A DNA stretch of 64,000 bases from an uncultured bacterium (GCA_963801165.1 CAWDDT010000011.1:224001-288000); one strand, 5' to 3'; counted from the stretch's first letter, positions 1-9,814 are shown. Numbers and translations are program-made. The notes: generated by a model from the sequence alone, not told the origin.

Positions 1-1
1 T

Positions 2-202
2 CGGGCGCTCGATCTTCCCCCCGCCGGCGATGTCGACTTCTTCAGCGACGACAACGGAACGCTTTACGAGTCAGCGATCCAGAAGCTGGCGGCGGCCGGG
101 ATCATGCAAGGCTGCTCGGCCGACGACGCCACCCTCGTCTGTCCCAACGACCCGGTGACGCGGGGCCAGGCGGCTGCGTACCTCGTCCGCGCCACGGGCT
201 AG
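2..202 (+). CDS. C-terminal fragment of an S-layer homology (SLH-like) domain protein (5' truncated)
   Basis: Frame from nt 2 reads ...FSDDNGTLYESAIQKLAAAGIMQGC...CPNDPVTRGQAAAYLVRATG-TAG, the same SLH-type repeat as in the 1983-3500 protein. Confidence 0.75.
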   Translation, partial: RALDLPPAGDVDFFSDDNGTLYESAIQKLAAAGIMQGCSADDATLVCPNDPVTRGQAAAYLVRATG

Positions 203-269
203 GAGAGGGCGGTCGGGTACCACCGGTGATCCCGGTGCCGTCGAGACGCCTCTACGGCTTGCCCACGGC

Positions 270-312
270 GAGGCCCCCCGGGCCGTCCGAGGGGGGAAGG
301 ACGAGCGGCGAC
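270..312 (-). repeat. Partial copy of palindromic repeat family A (reverse orientation)
   Basis: ggccccccgggccgtccgaggggggaaggacgagcgg is the reverse complement of the unit at about 1550-1590. Confidence 0.8.
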
Positions 313-384
313 CACGCTGCCGACAATGAGCCAACATCGCGGCAACAACAGCGCAGCCAGCGTGGTCCCGATAATGTGGCGACC

Positions 385-1533
385 ATGAGTGAGCGCATTT
401 ATCTGTCACCTCCGTCGCAGTCGGGAAACGAGCAGGCTGCCGTGGCCCGGGCCATAGAAAGCAACTGGATCGCTCCGCTCGGGCCGGAGGTCGATGAGTT
501 CGAGGCCGAGCTGGCGGTGCAGTCGGGGGTCCCATTTGCGCTGGCGACATCGTCGGGGACCGCGGCCATCCATCTGGCACTGCTCGCTGTGGGCGTCAAA
601 CGTGGCGATGTCGTCGTCGCCCCATCGTTCACGTTCATCGGGACGGTCACCCCGGTGTCGTTTATCGGCGCCGAGACCTGGTTTGTCGACTCGGAGCAGC
701 AGTCGTGGAACCTCGACCCCAAGCTGCTCCAGGAGGCACTGGCCTCGGCACGATCCGAGGATCACCGCATCGGCGCCGTCATCGCCGTCGACCTGTTCGG
801 GCAATGTGGCGATTACGACCGGATCCAGGAGATCTGCGATCGGTTCAAGGTGCCGCTAGTCGAGGACGCTGCCGAAGCACTGGGAGCCACGTACAAGGAC
901 ATCCCGGCCGGGTCGTTCGGGCGGGTTGGGGTGCTGTCGTTCAACGGCAACAAGATCATCACCACATCAGGGGGCGGCGCCGTCGTGTCCGCCGACGAGC
1001 AACTGATCGAGCGGACGAGGTTTCTCGCCACCCAGGCCCGGGAGCCCGAGGTGCACTACGAGCACAGGGAGATCGGCTACAACTACCGCATGTCCAACCT
1101 GCTGGCCGCGGTGGGGCGGGCTCAGCTGTCGAACCTGGACCAACGGGTCAATGCGAGGCGGGAGATCTTCAACGCCTACGTGGCCCGTCTCAGCGATCTC
1201 CCCGGCGTCGAGTTCATGCCGGAAGCGCCCTGGGGCCGGTCGAACCGCTGGCTCACCACCCTCACCGTCGACCCCGACCTCTTCGGAGCCACCCGACACC
1301 AGATCATCGATGCCCTCGCCGCCGACAACATCGAGGCAAGACCGGTGTGGAAGCCGATGCACCTGCAACCGGTCTACGAAGACGCCCGGATGTTCGGCGG
1401 CGCCGTCTCGGCGCAGATCTTCAAGAACGGTCTATGTCTCCCGAGCGGCACCGACATGACCGAGGACGACATCGATCGGGTGGCCGGCATCGTCCGTTCG
1501 GTGCGGGACGATGGTCGACCAACGCCAGGGTGA
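385..1533 (+). CDS. DegT/DnrJ/EryC1/StrS family PLP-dependent nucleotide-sugar aminotransferase (PglE/EpsN-like)
   Basis: IYLSPP start, SSGTAAIHLAL, VEDAAEALG, SFNGNKIITTSGGG (PLP Lys), GYNYRMSN, GLCLPSG; ATG at 385. Confidence 0.92.
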   Translation: MSERIYLSPPSQSGNEQAAVARAIESNWIAPLGPEVDEFEAELAVQSGVPFALATSSGTAAIHLALLAVGVKRGDVVVAPSFTFIGTVTPVSFIGAETWFVDSEQQSWNLDPKLLQEALASARSEDHRIGAVIAVDLFGQCGDYDRIQEICDRFKVPLVEDAAEALGATYKDIPAGSFGRVGVLSFNGNKIITTSGGGAVVSADEQLIERTRFLATQAREPEVHYEHREIGYNYRMSNLLAAVGRAQLSNLDQRVNARREIFNAYVARLSDLPGVEFMPEAPWGRSNRWLTTLTVDPDLFGATRHQIIDALAADNIEARPVWKPMHLQPVYEDARMFGGAVSAQIFKNGLCLPSGTDMTEDDIDRVAGIVRSVRDDGRPTPG

Positions 1534-1539
1534 CCCGGC

Positions 1540-1950
1540 CAACGGCGAGCACCGCTCGTCCTTCCCCCCTCGGACGGCCCGAGAGGCCGCCCGATCCCCC
1601 CGAAATGGGGGGATTGCTGTAGCGGCCCTCCCCCGGCGGGAGGGCGGGGCCAGACCCGACCGCAGGGAGGGGACAAAACCAACGGTGGCCGCCGGTCGTC
1701 CTTCCCCCCTCGGACGGCCCAGAAGGCCGCCCGATCCCCCCGAAATGGGGGGATCACTGCTCTCCTCCAATCGCCGCTGGTACACCCGATCGGCGGTCAC
1801 GCCAGTAGCAGCCCTCCCCTTGCGGGAGGGCGGGGCCAGACCCGACCGAGGGAGGGGACAAAACCAACGGTGGCCGCCGCTCGTCCGGTCCCCCCTCGGA
1901 CGGCCCAGAAGGCCGCCCGATCCCCCCGAAATGGGGGGATCACTGCTTGC
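1540..1950 (+). repeat. Cluster of family A double-hairpin palindromic repeats (three right-hand units, two left-hand units)
   Basis: Recurring cccctcggacggcccN4ggccgcccgatccccccgaaatggggggat and gccctcccN4-5gggagggcggggccagacccgacc between convergent genes. Confidence 0.92.
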
Positions 1951-1982
1951 CTACCCCAAACGGCGACCGCCGCCCGGCCGAT

Positions 1983-3500
1983 CTACGGTTGTTCGATTGC
2001 GAAGCTGTCGCTGTAGCTCGTCGTGGAGCCAACGAATGTGACTTGCAGCGCCTCGGGAGTCATCGTCAACAATGCGTATCCCCGTCCCGCATCGGGTGAA
2101 TTGGCTCCGAGCCAGGTCGCCAGGTAACCCAGCTCGGGGTCGGACGCGTTGATGCTGTACATGTCGTTGCCGCCGGCGTTGCCGACGATCACAAACACAG
2201 ATCCCGCACCCTTTGTGTAGATGTTGTCGCTGCCGTCATCCACCACACACTCGGTGCGGAAGGTCCCGGGCGTGGCACAGGTGATCTGCTTGGAGCGCTG
2301 GTAGTTGTGTTCGTGGCCGTGCAGGATGAGATCGACCTTCTTGTCCAAGAGCAAGTCGTAGACGTCGCTGCCCACCTCGCAGCCCTTCACACCTGCCGTC
2401 ACGCATGGTTTGTGCATGCCGACGATCACCCATTCGATCCCCTTCGCCCGGGCGTCATCGATGGTCGCCTCCAGCCATTGATAGTGGCTGCTGCCCACCC
2501 CGTAGTCGTAGCTCTCGCCGTCGACCTGGTTGTCGGCCCCGATCATGATGATGCGAGCAAGCTTGTCGACATCGAAGTAATACTCAGCGGCATAGGTGCC
2601 GGTGGAGCTCATCCGATCGGGGAGACAGGCGGCGAAGTTGCCGATGTAGCCGTTGACCCGGTCGTCATCCTCGTGGTTGCCAACCAACAGCTCGACGGGG
2701 AATTCCGTACCGAGGTAGCCCTTGACGTAGTCGCACCACTGGGACTCGGTGAGATTGCTATATGAGAGGTCACCCAGGGCGAGCAGAAACTCCGCATCGC
2801 TCGCCGCCATCGACGTAAAGGTGGCATCGGTGAGGCTGGTCGCCCCGAAGTCACCGCCGGCGGCGAAGGTGACCCCGCCCGACCCGCTCAGGCCAAGTGC
2901 CCTGGCAAGGAAGGTCGCCATCTGTTCGCGTGTGACGAAATCGGCCGGGCAGAACCGATCGTTGACCGGCGGGTTACAGCCCTTGGTGATCCCGGACGCG
3001 GCCAATGCCTCGATGTCGGCTGCGAACACCGAGCCGTCGTCGTCGACAAACGCATTGCCGCTCTCGTCAGCGGCCAGCCCGAAGGCCCGCACCAGGAACG
3101 CGGCCATCTGGCCCCGGGTCACCACATCGCCGGGGCAATAGCGGTCATTGACCGGCGGGTTGCAGCCCCTGGTGACCCCCGCGGCGGCGAGACGAGAAAT
3201 GTCGGCGTCGAACACCGAGCCGTCGTCATCGACGAACGGATCAGCGGTAGCCGCCGACAGGCCGAAGGCTCGGCTCAAGAATGCAGCCATCTGACCACGC
3301 GTCACCACATCGCCGGGGCAGAAACGGTCATTGACCGGCGGATTGCAGCCCCGGGTGATCCCGGCGGCGGCAATCGCCTCGATAGACGGCTCATGTATGG
3401 ATCCGTCGTCGTCGCTGAACGTCCCGGTCGCCAGCGCCGGGCCGACGCTCAGCACTGAGGCGAGCACGACCAGCACAGCAATCGTCATCCGGAGACGCAT
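1983..3500 (-). CDS. Secreted SLH-domain metallophosphoesterase (purple acid phosphatase-like)
   Basis: Signal peptide; three F.DDDGS...GIT.GCNPPVNDR.CP...TR.QMA.FL.RA repeats; GDFG, GDLSY, GNHE, MH, GHEH calcineurin-like motifs. Confidence 0.88.
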   Translation of the reverse strand: MRLRMTIAVLVVLASVLSVGPALATGTFSDDDGSIHEPSIEAIAAAGITRGCNPPVNDRFCPGDVVTRGQMAAFLSRAFGLSAATADPFVDDDGSVFDADISRLAAAGVTRGCNPPVNDRYCPGDVVTRGQMAAFLVRAFGLAADESGNAFVDDDGSVFAADIEALAASGITKGCNPPVNDRFCPADFVTREQMATFLARALGLSGSGGVTFAAGGDFGATSLTDATFTSMAASDAEFLLALGDLSYSNLTESQWCDYVKGYLGTEFPVELLVGNHEDDDRVNGYIGNFAACLPDRMSSTGTYAAEYYFDVDKLARIIMIGADNQVDGESYDYGVGSSHYQWLEATIDDARAKGIEWVIVGMHKPCVTAGVKGCEVGSDVYDLLLDKKVDLILHGHEHNYQRSKQITCATPGTFRTECVVDDGSDNIYTKGAGSVFVIVGNAGGNDMYSINASDPELGYLATWLGANSPDAGRGYALLTMTPEALQVTFVGSTTSYSDSFAIEQP

Positions 3501-3540
3501 AGGAGCGAGCGTAGCCAAAGCGATGTTCCTACTCGTGCGA

Positions 3541-3752
3541 GTAGTAGCCCTCCCGTTACGGGAGGGCGGGGCCAGACCCGATCGAAGGGAGGGACTGAAC
3601 CGGGAGGGGGGCAAAACCAACGGCGACCGCCGCGCGTCCTCCCCCCTCGGACGGCCCGGGGGGCCGCCCGATCCCCCCGAAATGGGCGAATCACTGCTGC
3701 TCTCTCCCAATCGGCGGGGCCGGACCCGACCGAGGGAGGGGGGATCACTGTT
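3541..3752 (+). repeat. Family A repeat doublet plus partial unit
   Basis: gccctcccgttacgggagggcggggccagacccg...cccctcggacggcccggggggccgcccgatccccccgaaatgggcgaatcactgct. Confidence 0.9.
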
Positions 3753-3819
3753 TGCTCTTGCCGGAATCGGCGCTGGTACGCTCGCGGGGTTGGACCTGAT
3801 GCCCGTGGGAGGAGGCTCG

Positions 3820-4263
3820 TTGCAGGTCACAGTGCAGACCGAGATCGATGCGCCGGCGGATGCCGTCTTCGACTACATCGCCGATCTCTCCAACAACCCC
3901 AACTGGCAGAGCGGTGTCGAGACGACCATGTGGACCTCGCCTCCTCCGGTTGCGGTTGGATCCACCTGTGAGCAGACGCTCGACAGTGGGACGGTCGTCG
4001 AGTACGTGGTGACCGCGCTCTTACCCCGACGATCCATCACGATCGAAACCAGACGAGGCGCCGTGATCCCCACCACGGTCACCAGGACCGTCCAGGTCCT
4101 CAACGAAGCGAAGAGCCGCGTGCGGATGGACCTGACCGGCCACCCTCGCGGCTGGCGTCGTCTCACCGCTCCACTGGTGCCGCGGGCGATCCGGGGGGCG
4201 ATCGGCTCCGACTACCGCCGTCTCAAGCGAGTCCTGGAAGCTGCTCAGACACCGGAGGAGTAG
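3820..4263 (+). CDS. SRPBCC (START-like / polyketide cyclase) family protein
   Basis: TTG start after GGAGG; VQTEIDAPADAVFDYIADLSNNPNWQSGV...DYRRLKRVLE. Confidence 0.8.
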   Translation: MQVTVQTEIDAPADAVFDYIADLSNNPNWQSGVETTMWTSPPPVAVGSTCEQTLDSGTVVEYVVTALLPRRSITIETRRGAVIPTTVTRTVQVLNEAKSRVRMDLTGHPRGWRRLTAPLVPRAIRGAIGSDYRRLKRVLEAAQTPEE

Positions 4264-4296
4264 CCCGGTAGAGGACCTTTGTGTTCGGCGGTCCCG

Positions 4297-4941
4297 TCAG
4301 GACGCGCCCAGAACCCGGCGGATTTCGGCGGCAAGTGCCGCGCCGAGGCGCTTGTGGCTCTCGGCGTCGAGATGCACGCCATCGGCCGCGTCGACCGAGG
4401 CCACTGTTCCGGCATCGAAGACGGGGCAATCCCGAAGCTCACCGAGAGTCGTGTAGTGCTCAGCAAGGTGCAGAGACTCGTTACGCGCCTTGCCGAATCC
4501 CCACAGCAAGGATCGTCTCGTCGCCTTCCCCAACGGGGGCGGGGCAACAATCAGCACCGCGGGCGCCTGCCCGGCGGGGCCGCAGCCGCTGGAGAGGGCA
4601 ATATCCACGAGGGCGCCTACGCCGAGGGCGATCTCGGGGGCTTTCACCCGGAAGTAGCGCTTGAGGTCGTTGGTGCCGAGCATGATGACTACCAAGTCGA
4701 CCGGGGAATGCGAGGCGAGACAGGGGCCCAGATAGGAACGACCGTTGAGACCGGCGCCAAAAGGATCATCCCAGTTGCTCGTGCGACCCGGGAGACCCTC
4801 CTCGATCACGACGAAACCGGACCCCAGCGCCTGCTGCAACACGCCGGGCCAGCGGACGTCTCTCGGGAAGCGACCGCCGGAATCGACCACATACCCGTAT
4901 GTGTTGGAGTCGCCGTAGCAAAGGACCGTACGTGTGCTCAT
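4297..4941 (-). CDS. SGNH/GDSL hydrolase (arylesterase-like)
   Basis: CYGDSNTYG, EEGLPGRT, MLGTND, DGVH blocks. Confidence 0.92.
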   Translation of the reverse strand: MSTRTVLCYGDSNTYGYVVDSGGRFPRDVRWPGVLQQALGSGFVVIEEGLPGRTSNWDDPFGAGLNGRSYLGPCLASHSPVDLVVIMLGTNDLKRYFRVKAPEIALGVGALVDIALSSGCGPAGQAPAVLIVAPPPLGKATRRSLLWGFGKARNESLHLAEHYTTLGELRDCPVFDAGTVASVDAADGVHLDAESHKRLGAALAAEIRRVLGAS

Positions 4942-4990
4942 GTTTGCCTCCGGGATATGCCTCGAGCTCGGCTTGTTCCAGCGTAGGCGA

Positions 4991-5761
4991 CTACCCCAGC
5001 AGCAGCTTCTCTACGTCATCTCGTAGTGCCGCAGTGGTGGCGATGAAGCCGGGGACGAGCGGGTTTTCCTTGTTCCAGGTCGGCGTCGAGCCGTCCTTGA
5101 GCACTGCCCAGCCGCCGGCTGCGCGAAGCAGCGCGACGCCGGCGGCGAGATCCCACTCGTTCTTGGGCACGAGCGTCCAGGTGGCGTCGAGCCGTCCGGC
5201 GGCGACCAGCGACAACTTGTAGGCCACCGATCCCATCGGCACGACATGAAACGGGCCGCCCTCAAAGCGCTCCCACTCGCCCCGCCTCATCTCGGAACGG
5301 CTCGCCCCCACCCGCGCTCCCTCCAGGCTGGTCATGCCGGAAACGGGGTTGGGCCCGTTGTACACCAAACCGTCGTCGACCGTCCCGGTGATCCTCTCGC
5401 CGGTCGCCGGGTTGTGGATACCGCCTGCTACCGGCAACCCGTCTTCGATGAGACCGATCGACACACACCACTCCGGAATCCCCTCGACGAACTCCCGGGT
5501 CCCGTCGATGGGATCGACAATCCAGACCCGCTTTCTGCCGAGGCGCTCCTTGTCGTCGACGCTCTCCTCAGACAGCCATCCCTCCCCCGACTCGGGGAGG
5601 ACGCGCCGCATCTCGGCATCGACCAGCTCGTCGGCCTCGGTCACCGGATCGCCGCCTTCCTTGCGTCGAGCTGCGATCCGGCCCGGCGTGAAGTCGTCGA
5701 GCACGTCCAGTGCCGCGTCGAGCGCGGCGTTGATACGATCAAGATCTGAGGTGTGGCCCAC
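4991..5761 (-). CDS. Inositol monophosphatase / CysQ-like 3'(2'),5'-bisphosphate nucleotidase
   Basis: DPVTEAD, LSEE, WIVDPIDGTREF, EWDLAAG; GTG start overlaps upstream TAG. Confidence 0.88.
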   Translation of the reverse strand: MGHTSDLDRINAALDAALDVLDDFTPGRIAARRKEGGDPVTEADELVDAEMRRVLPESGEGWLSEESVDDKERLGRKRVWIVDPIDGTREFVEGIPEWCVSIGLIEDGLPVAGGIHNPATGERITGTVDDGLVYNGPNPVSGMTSLEGARVGASRSEMRRGEWERFEGGPFHVVPMGSVAYKLSLVAAGRLDATWTLVPKNEWDLAAGVALLRAAGGWAVLKDGSTPTWNKENPLVPGFIATTAALRDDVEKLLLG

Positions 5762-6438
5762 TAGTTCCCCTGTACGTTCTCGAGGCGCGCCATCCTGCCC
5801 GATGACCCCCAGCTGGCCACCACCAGCCCCGCGGCGTACGCGGTCAGCACCGCAAGCGCGGCCACCTGCCCGAAGTCCTCGGCAAACAACCACTCCCGGT
5901 TGATCCCGAACACGGAAATGGCGTTGACCGGGCCAACGAACACACCCACGACGAACAAGATCGCGATGAGGCGCACAACAACAGGGCGCTCTTCGAGCGA
6001 GGCGCTCCGATATGCCGCCAAAACCAATCCCCCGGCGATCACGGCCAGCGCCAGGAACAGCGACGCCAGATTGATGAACCCCGAGGAGACATGCAGGACA
6101 CTCTCCAGGCGCTGGGTAATCGGATTGGCAACGTCGTCCCACCAGCCGGCGTCGATCACGATGTGACCGAGTGTCAGCAACGACAACAGCAGCGCCAGCA
6201 CCCACATGCTCCGGCTACGGATCCTGTAGCCCACGTACACAAGAGCCACGATGCTGATCAGCTTGTACAGGATCGACAGGGCATTCAGCGGCCCCGCGTT
6301 TAGGCCGATCTCCGACGCATAGTCAACGCCGGCGGCCCACAGTGCCGCAGCCATGAGCGCCAGGCCGGCGGCCAGTGCCGCCTGGAGCGCTCGCCCTTGT
6401 AACCGCAATGATCCCCCCGAGGTGTCGAATTCGTTCAC
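5761..6438 (-). CDS. Hypothetical polytopic membrane protein
   Basis: About six hydrophobic segments; stop overlaps the start of the cysQ-like gene. Confidence 0.7.
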   Translation of the reverse strand: MNEFDTSGGSLRLQGRALQAALAAGLALMAAALWAAGVDYASEIGLNAGPLNALSILYKLISIVALVYVGYRIRSRSMWVLALLLSLLTLGHIVIDAGWWDDVANPITQRLESVLHVSSGFINLASLFLALAVIAGGLVLAAYRSASLEERPVVVRLIAILFVVGVFVGPVNAISVFGINREWLFAEDFGQVAALAVLTAYAAGLVVASWGSSGRMARLENVQGN

Positions 6439-6547
6439 GAGGCGCCAATGTACCGTGCGGTGGAGCCAACATCACTCGCCATGACCCATCGTCTGTCGGG
6501 TGCACTGCGCCACGGCCCCAGAGCCTTCTGCCACTATCGTCCACTCG

Positions 6548-7654
6548 ATGGAAGTGACGGTGCCCGATTACAACGGCGGATCCCTCGTCAACCTGATCGC
6601 CGAGCTCGAGTACCGGCTGATCGGTTCGGCGCAGTCTCCCCGGCTTCATCCCCGGCTGGCCGCCGAGATCGCCGACGCCGCCACATATGTGCTGTGTCTG
6701 TTCGACGGGCTCGGCTACATGCAGCTCGACCATCCGGCAGCGGGGGCGCTGCGGGAGTCGTGCCGGGCCGCGATCGACAGCCCCTTCCCGGCAACGACGA
6801 CTGTCAGCCTGGCGGTCCTCGCCACCGGACTGCCGCCCTCTCAACACGGTCTGCTCGGGTACCAGGCGTGGATCCCCGAGCTCGACACCGTCGTCAATAC
6901 GATCCACTGGACGACGCTGTGGGGGGAGAAGCTCGAGTACCCGTTCGCCGACTTCCTCCCGGCACCGAACCTAGCCGAGAGGCTGTCCGCCGCCGGGATC
7001 GATGTCGTCACTGTCCAACCCGCCAAGTTCGACAACACCCCGCTGACCCAGGTGCTGTTTCGAGGATGCCGGTTCGAAGGGGTGGAGAGCATCGGGGAGT
7101 GGCTGGATGCGGTGACCCAACTCGCCGCGCAACCCAATCGGCTCGTCGTGGCCTACCTACCCAATGTCGACTACGCCGCCCACGTTGGTGGGCAGAAGTC
7201 GCCTCAGTACAACGAAGCAGTCACGACGGTCGCCGCCGCCTGGGAGGGGGTGCGCAACCGGCTACCCAAGGGTGTCGTCGCCGTCGGCACCGCCGATCAC
7301 GGCCACGTCGACTTCCCCAAGCGAAAGCAGATCAAGATCGACAGACCGGACCACCAGGACCGAATGTTCTACGGTGATGGCCGGGCCATGTTCGTCAGGG
7401 GCGACGGAGAGTCGCTCGCCCGAAAACTCCCGGCGACGTGGATACCCGTCGCCGACATGATCCACTGGTGGGGCCCGGAACCACGTCACCCTCAGGTCGC
7501 CCGGCGTCTCCCCGACGGGGTTCTGCTCGCCGACGACGACGCATTGTTGCTCCACCGCTACTCCGACGACCGTATGGTGGGTAACCACGGTGCGCTCACC
7601 GACCCGGAGCGTCTCATCCCGCTCATGGTCTCCGGTCCCGGTGCCGATAGCTGA
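6548..7654 (+). CDS. Alkaline phosphatase superfamily protein (type I phosphodiesterase / nucleotide pyrophosphatase)
   Basis: LFDGLG, FPATT, TGLPPSQHGLLGY, DYAAH, TADHGH, GNHGALT. Confidence 0.88.
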   Translation: MEVTVPDYNGGSLVNLIAELEYRLIGSAQSPRLHPRLAAEIADAATYVLCLFDGLGYMQLDHPAAGALRESCRAAIDSPFPATTTVSLAVLATGLPPSQHGLLGYQAWIPELDTVVNTIHWTTLWGEKLEYPFADFLPAPNLAERLSAAGIDVVTVQPAKFDNTPLTQVLFRGCRFEGVESIGEWLDAVTQLAAQPNRLVVAYLPNVDYAAHVGGQKSPQYNEAVTTVAAAWEGVRNRLPKGVVAVGTADHGHVDFPKRKQIKIDRPDHQDRMFYGDGRAMFVRGDGESLARKLPATWIPVADMIHWWGPEPRHPQVARRLPDGVLLADDDALLLHRYSDDRMVGNHGALTDPERLIPLMVSGPGADS

Positions 7655-7679
7655 AAATCCCAAAACCCTGGAAGGACTC

Positions 7680-8501
7680 ATGCGGCGGCTCGCTCTCATC
7701 ATCTCCCTGGTCATGCTGACGGCGGCGTGCTCGAGCAACAGCAGCGACGAGACCACAAGGTCCGCGGCTGCACCGACAACGACCGTCGCCACTACCACCA
7801 CCGTCGCGACAACGACGACCACGGCAACAACAACCACAGCCGCCCAGGACACGACAACCAGCGCCGCTCCGGCTGGGGACCTCGCGTTTGAAACCATCAC
7901 CGGCACGCCCCCCGACGCGTTCGACAGCTTCTCCGCCACCATGACGATGAAGATGCACGCACAGGACCTCGACATCGAAGCCACCTCGGAGGGCGTGTGG
8001 ACGGCCGACGGTTTCCAGTGCACGATCACCTCTGCTCTCGGTGGATTGAACATCAGCGAATCGGTCATCGGCACACCGCAGCAACTCTGGTACGACCAGG
8101 GCAACGGCTACGAGCCGTCGGATCTCCTCGACCCGGGGGCGCAGAGCGTCATGTCGAGCTGCCCGACCTCTCCCCTGTTCTGGGCGAGCTTCACCACCGA
8201 CAACCTGGGTGACGTCACCGGCGCCGAAACCACCTACAACGGCAGAGCCGCCTACAAGGCCGACCTCTCCGACCTCCTCGGCGCACTGGGCGGTCTCGGC
8301 CTGGCCGATCTCCAGGGAGCCGACATCAATGACATGACGGTCTGGATCGACGCCGAGACCAGGACGATCATCGCACTCACGGCCGAGCTTCAGATGACCG
8401 CCGAAGCGCTGACGGGCGCCGCAGGGGACGCCGTCACGATGACGATGGAAGTCGCTCTGGACCAGTTCAACGACCCATCCCTAACCATCAACGAGCCCTA
8501 A
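7680..8501 (+). CDS. Lipoprotein with Thr-rich linker (possible LolA/LppX-like fold)
   Basis: Lipobox LTAAC, poly-Thr linker, beta-rich C-terminal domain; AAGGA RBS. Confidence 0.75.
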   Translation: MRRLALIISLVMLTAACSSNSSDETTRSAAAPTTTVATTTTVATTTTTATTTTAAQDTTTSAAPAGDLAFETITGTPPDAFDSFSATMTMKMHAQDLDIEATSEGVWTADGFQCTITSALGGLNISESVIGTPQQLWYDQGNGYEPSDLLDPGAQSVMSSCPTSPLFWASFTTDNLGDVTGAETTYNGRAAYKADLSDLLGALGGLGLADLQGADINDMTVWIDAETRTIIALTAELQMTAEALTGAAGDAVTMTMEVALDQFNDPSLTINEP

Positions 8502-8504
8502 CCA

Positions 8505-9001
8505 CAGCAAGCAGCAATCCCCCCTCGGGGGAATCGGACAGGCCTCCCGGGCCGTCCGAGGGGGAAGAACAAACAGCGGCCGCCGTTGATGTTTGCCCCC
8601 TCCCGGTCCAGCCCCTCCCTGCGGTCGGGTCTGGCCCCGCCCTCCCACAAGGGGAGGGCCACTACTCGCGCAACTGCCGATCTGTCGCTGAGAACAAGCA
8701 GCAATCCCCCCATTTCGGGGGGATCGCACGGCCCCCCGGGCCGTCCGACGGGGGAAGAACAAACGGCGCCCGCCGTTGATCGACGGCTCGTCTTGTGAGC
8801 CGGAACCAAGCAGCAATCCCCCCATTTCGGGGGGATCGCACGGCCCCCCGGGCCGTCCGACGGGGGAAGAACAAACGACGCCCGCCGTTGATCGACGGCT
8901 CGTCTTGTGAGCCGGAACCAAGCAGCAATCCCCCCATTTCGGGGGGATCGGACGGCCTCTGGGCCGTCCGAGGGGGGAAGGGCGAACAGCGCTCGCCGTT
9001 G
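8505..9001 (-). repeat. Family A repeat array (reverse orientation) including a 112-bp tandem duplication
   Basis: caagcagcaatccccccatttcggggggatcg starts at 8695, 8807 and 8919 (period 112); a further doublet at about 8510-8665. Confidence 0.93.
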
Positions 9002-9047
9002 TCCCGCTCCCCTTGAACACCAATCTCGGTCGCCGCATGCTGGTGAC

Positions 9048-9398
9048 ATGGACAAGAGACTCATCGCGTTCGCTCGCGAGCATCGCAAGAATCCCACGTG
9101 GGCGGAAACTACCTTGTGGTCAGATCTGCGCGCCGGGCAGTTCGGCCACAAATTCAGACGCCAACAACCGATCGGCCCCTACATCGTCGACTTCGTCTGC
9201 TTCGAGAAGCGCCTCATCATCGAAGTCGACGGGCTATCACACGACATAGATGACTCTCAACGCGACCGTATCCGACAACGGTGGCTCGAGGACCATGGAT
9301 ACGTGGTGCTCCGCTTCAACGACGACGAGGTCCACGACGAACGCGACGAAGTCGGTGATGCGATAGCGGCAGTGCTCGATCAAGAATCACCGACATAG
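9048..9398 (+). CDS. DUF559 / Vsr-like endonuclease domain protein
   Basis: AREHRKNPTWAETTLW, FRRQQPIGPYIVDF, LIIEVDGLSH, RDRIRQRWLEDHGYVVLRF. Confidence 0.9.
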   Translation: MDKRLIAFAREHRKNPTWAETTLWSDLRAGQFGHKFRRQQPIGPYIVDFVCFEKRLIIEVDGLSHDIDDSQRDRIRQRWLEDHGYVVLRFNDDEVHDERDEVGDAIAAVLDQESPT

Positions 9399-9450
9399 CG
9401 CCGGTCGGACAGAACAATCCGCCCCAACACCCGATCCATGTGGGCTGCGT

Positions 9451-9740
9451 CAACGGCGAGCGCCGCCCGTCCTTCCCCCCCGAACGGCCCGGAGGGCCGT
9501 CCGATCCCCCCGAAATGGGGGGATCACTTCTTGCAGCCCTCCACTGGAGGGAGGGCGGGGACAGACCCGACCGCAGGGAGGGACTGGACCGGAAGGGGGA
9601 CAAAACCAACGGCGGCCGCCGCCCGTTCTCCCCCCTCGGACGGCCCAGGGGCCGCCCGATCCCCCCACCTCGGGGGGATCACTACTCCCCGGCACCCGAT
9701 CCATCGCTACGCGAATAACCCTCCCCCGGAGGGAGGGTGG
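9451..9740 (+). repeat. Family A repeat array (forward orientation), inverted relative to 8505-9001
   Basis: 9451-9524 is a near reverse complement of 8928-9001; followed by another doublet and a ccctccc-N5-gggaggg hairpin. Confidence 0.92.
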
Positions 9741-9814
9741 GACGTGACGGCGGGCGGGCATTTCGAGCTTCGTAGCCGGGGGGCCGGGGTTCGTGGCATC
9801 ATGAGGTGGCTCCC

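Noticed and set aside
8695-9001. 112-bp periodic array as a CRISPR array
   Set aside because: The intervening segments are near-identical rather than unique spacers, the unit is too long, and no cas genes are present.
8481-9151. Long ORFs made of repeat sequence (also 1511-2041, 9438-9875, 62556-63104 and the N-terminal extensions of the 3331 and 3830 ORFs)
   Set aside because: They are translations of GC-rich repeats with recurring PPEMGG/SPLGRP text and no protein-family motifs.
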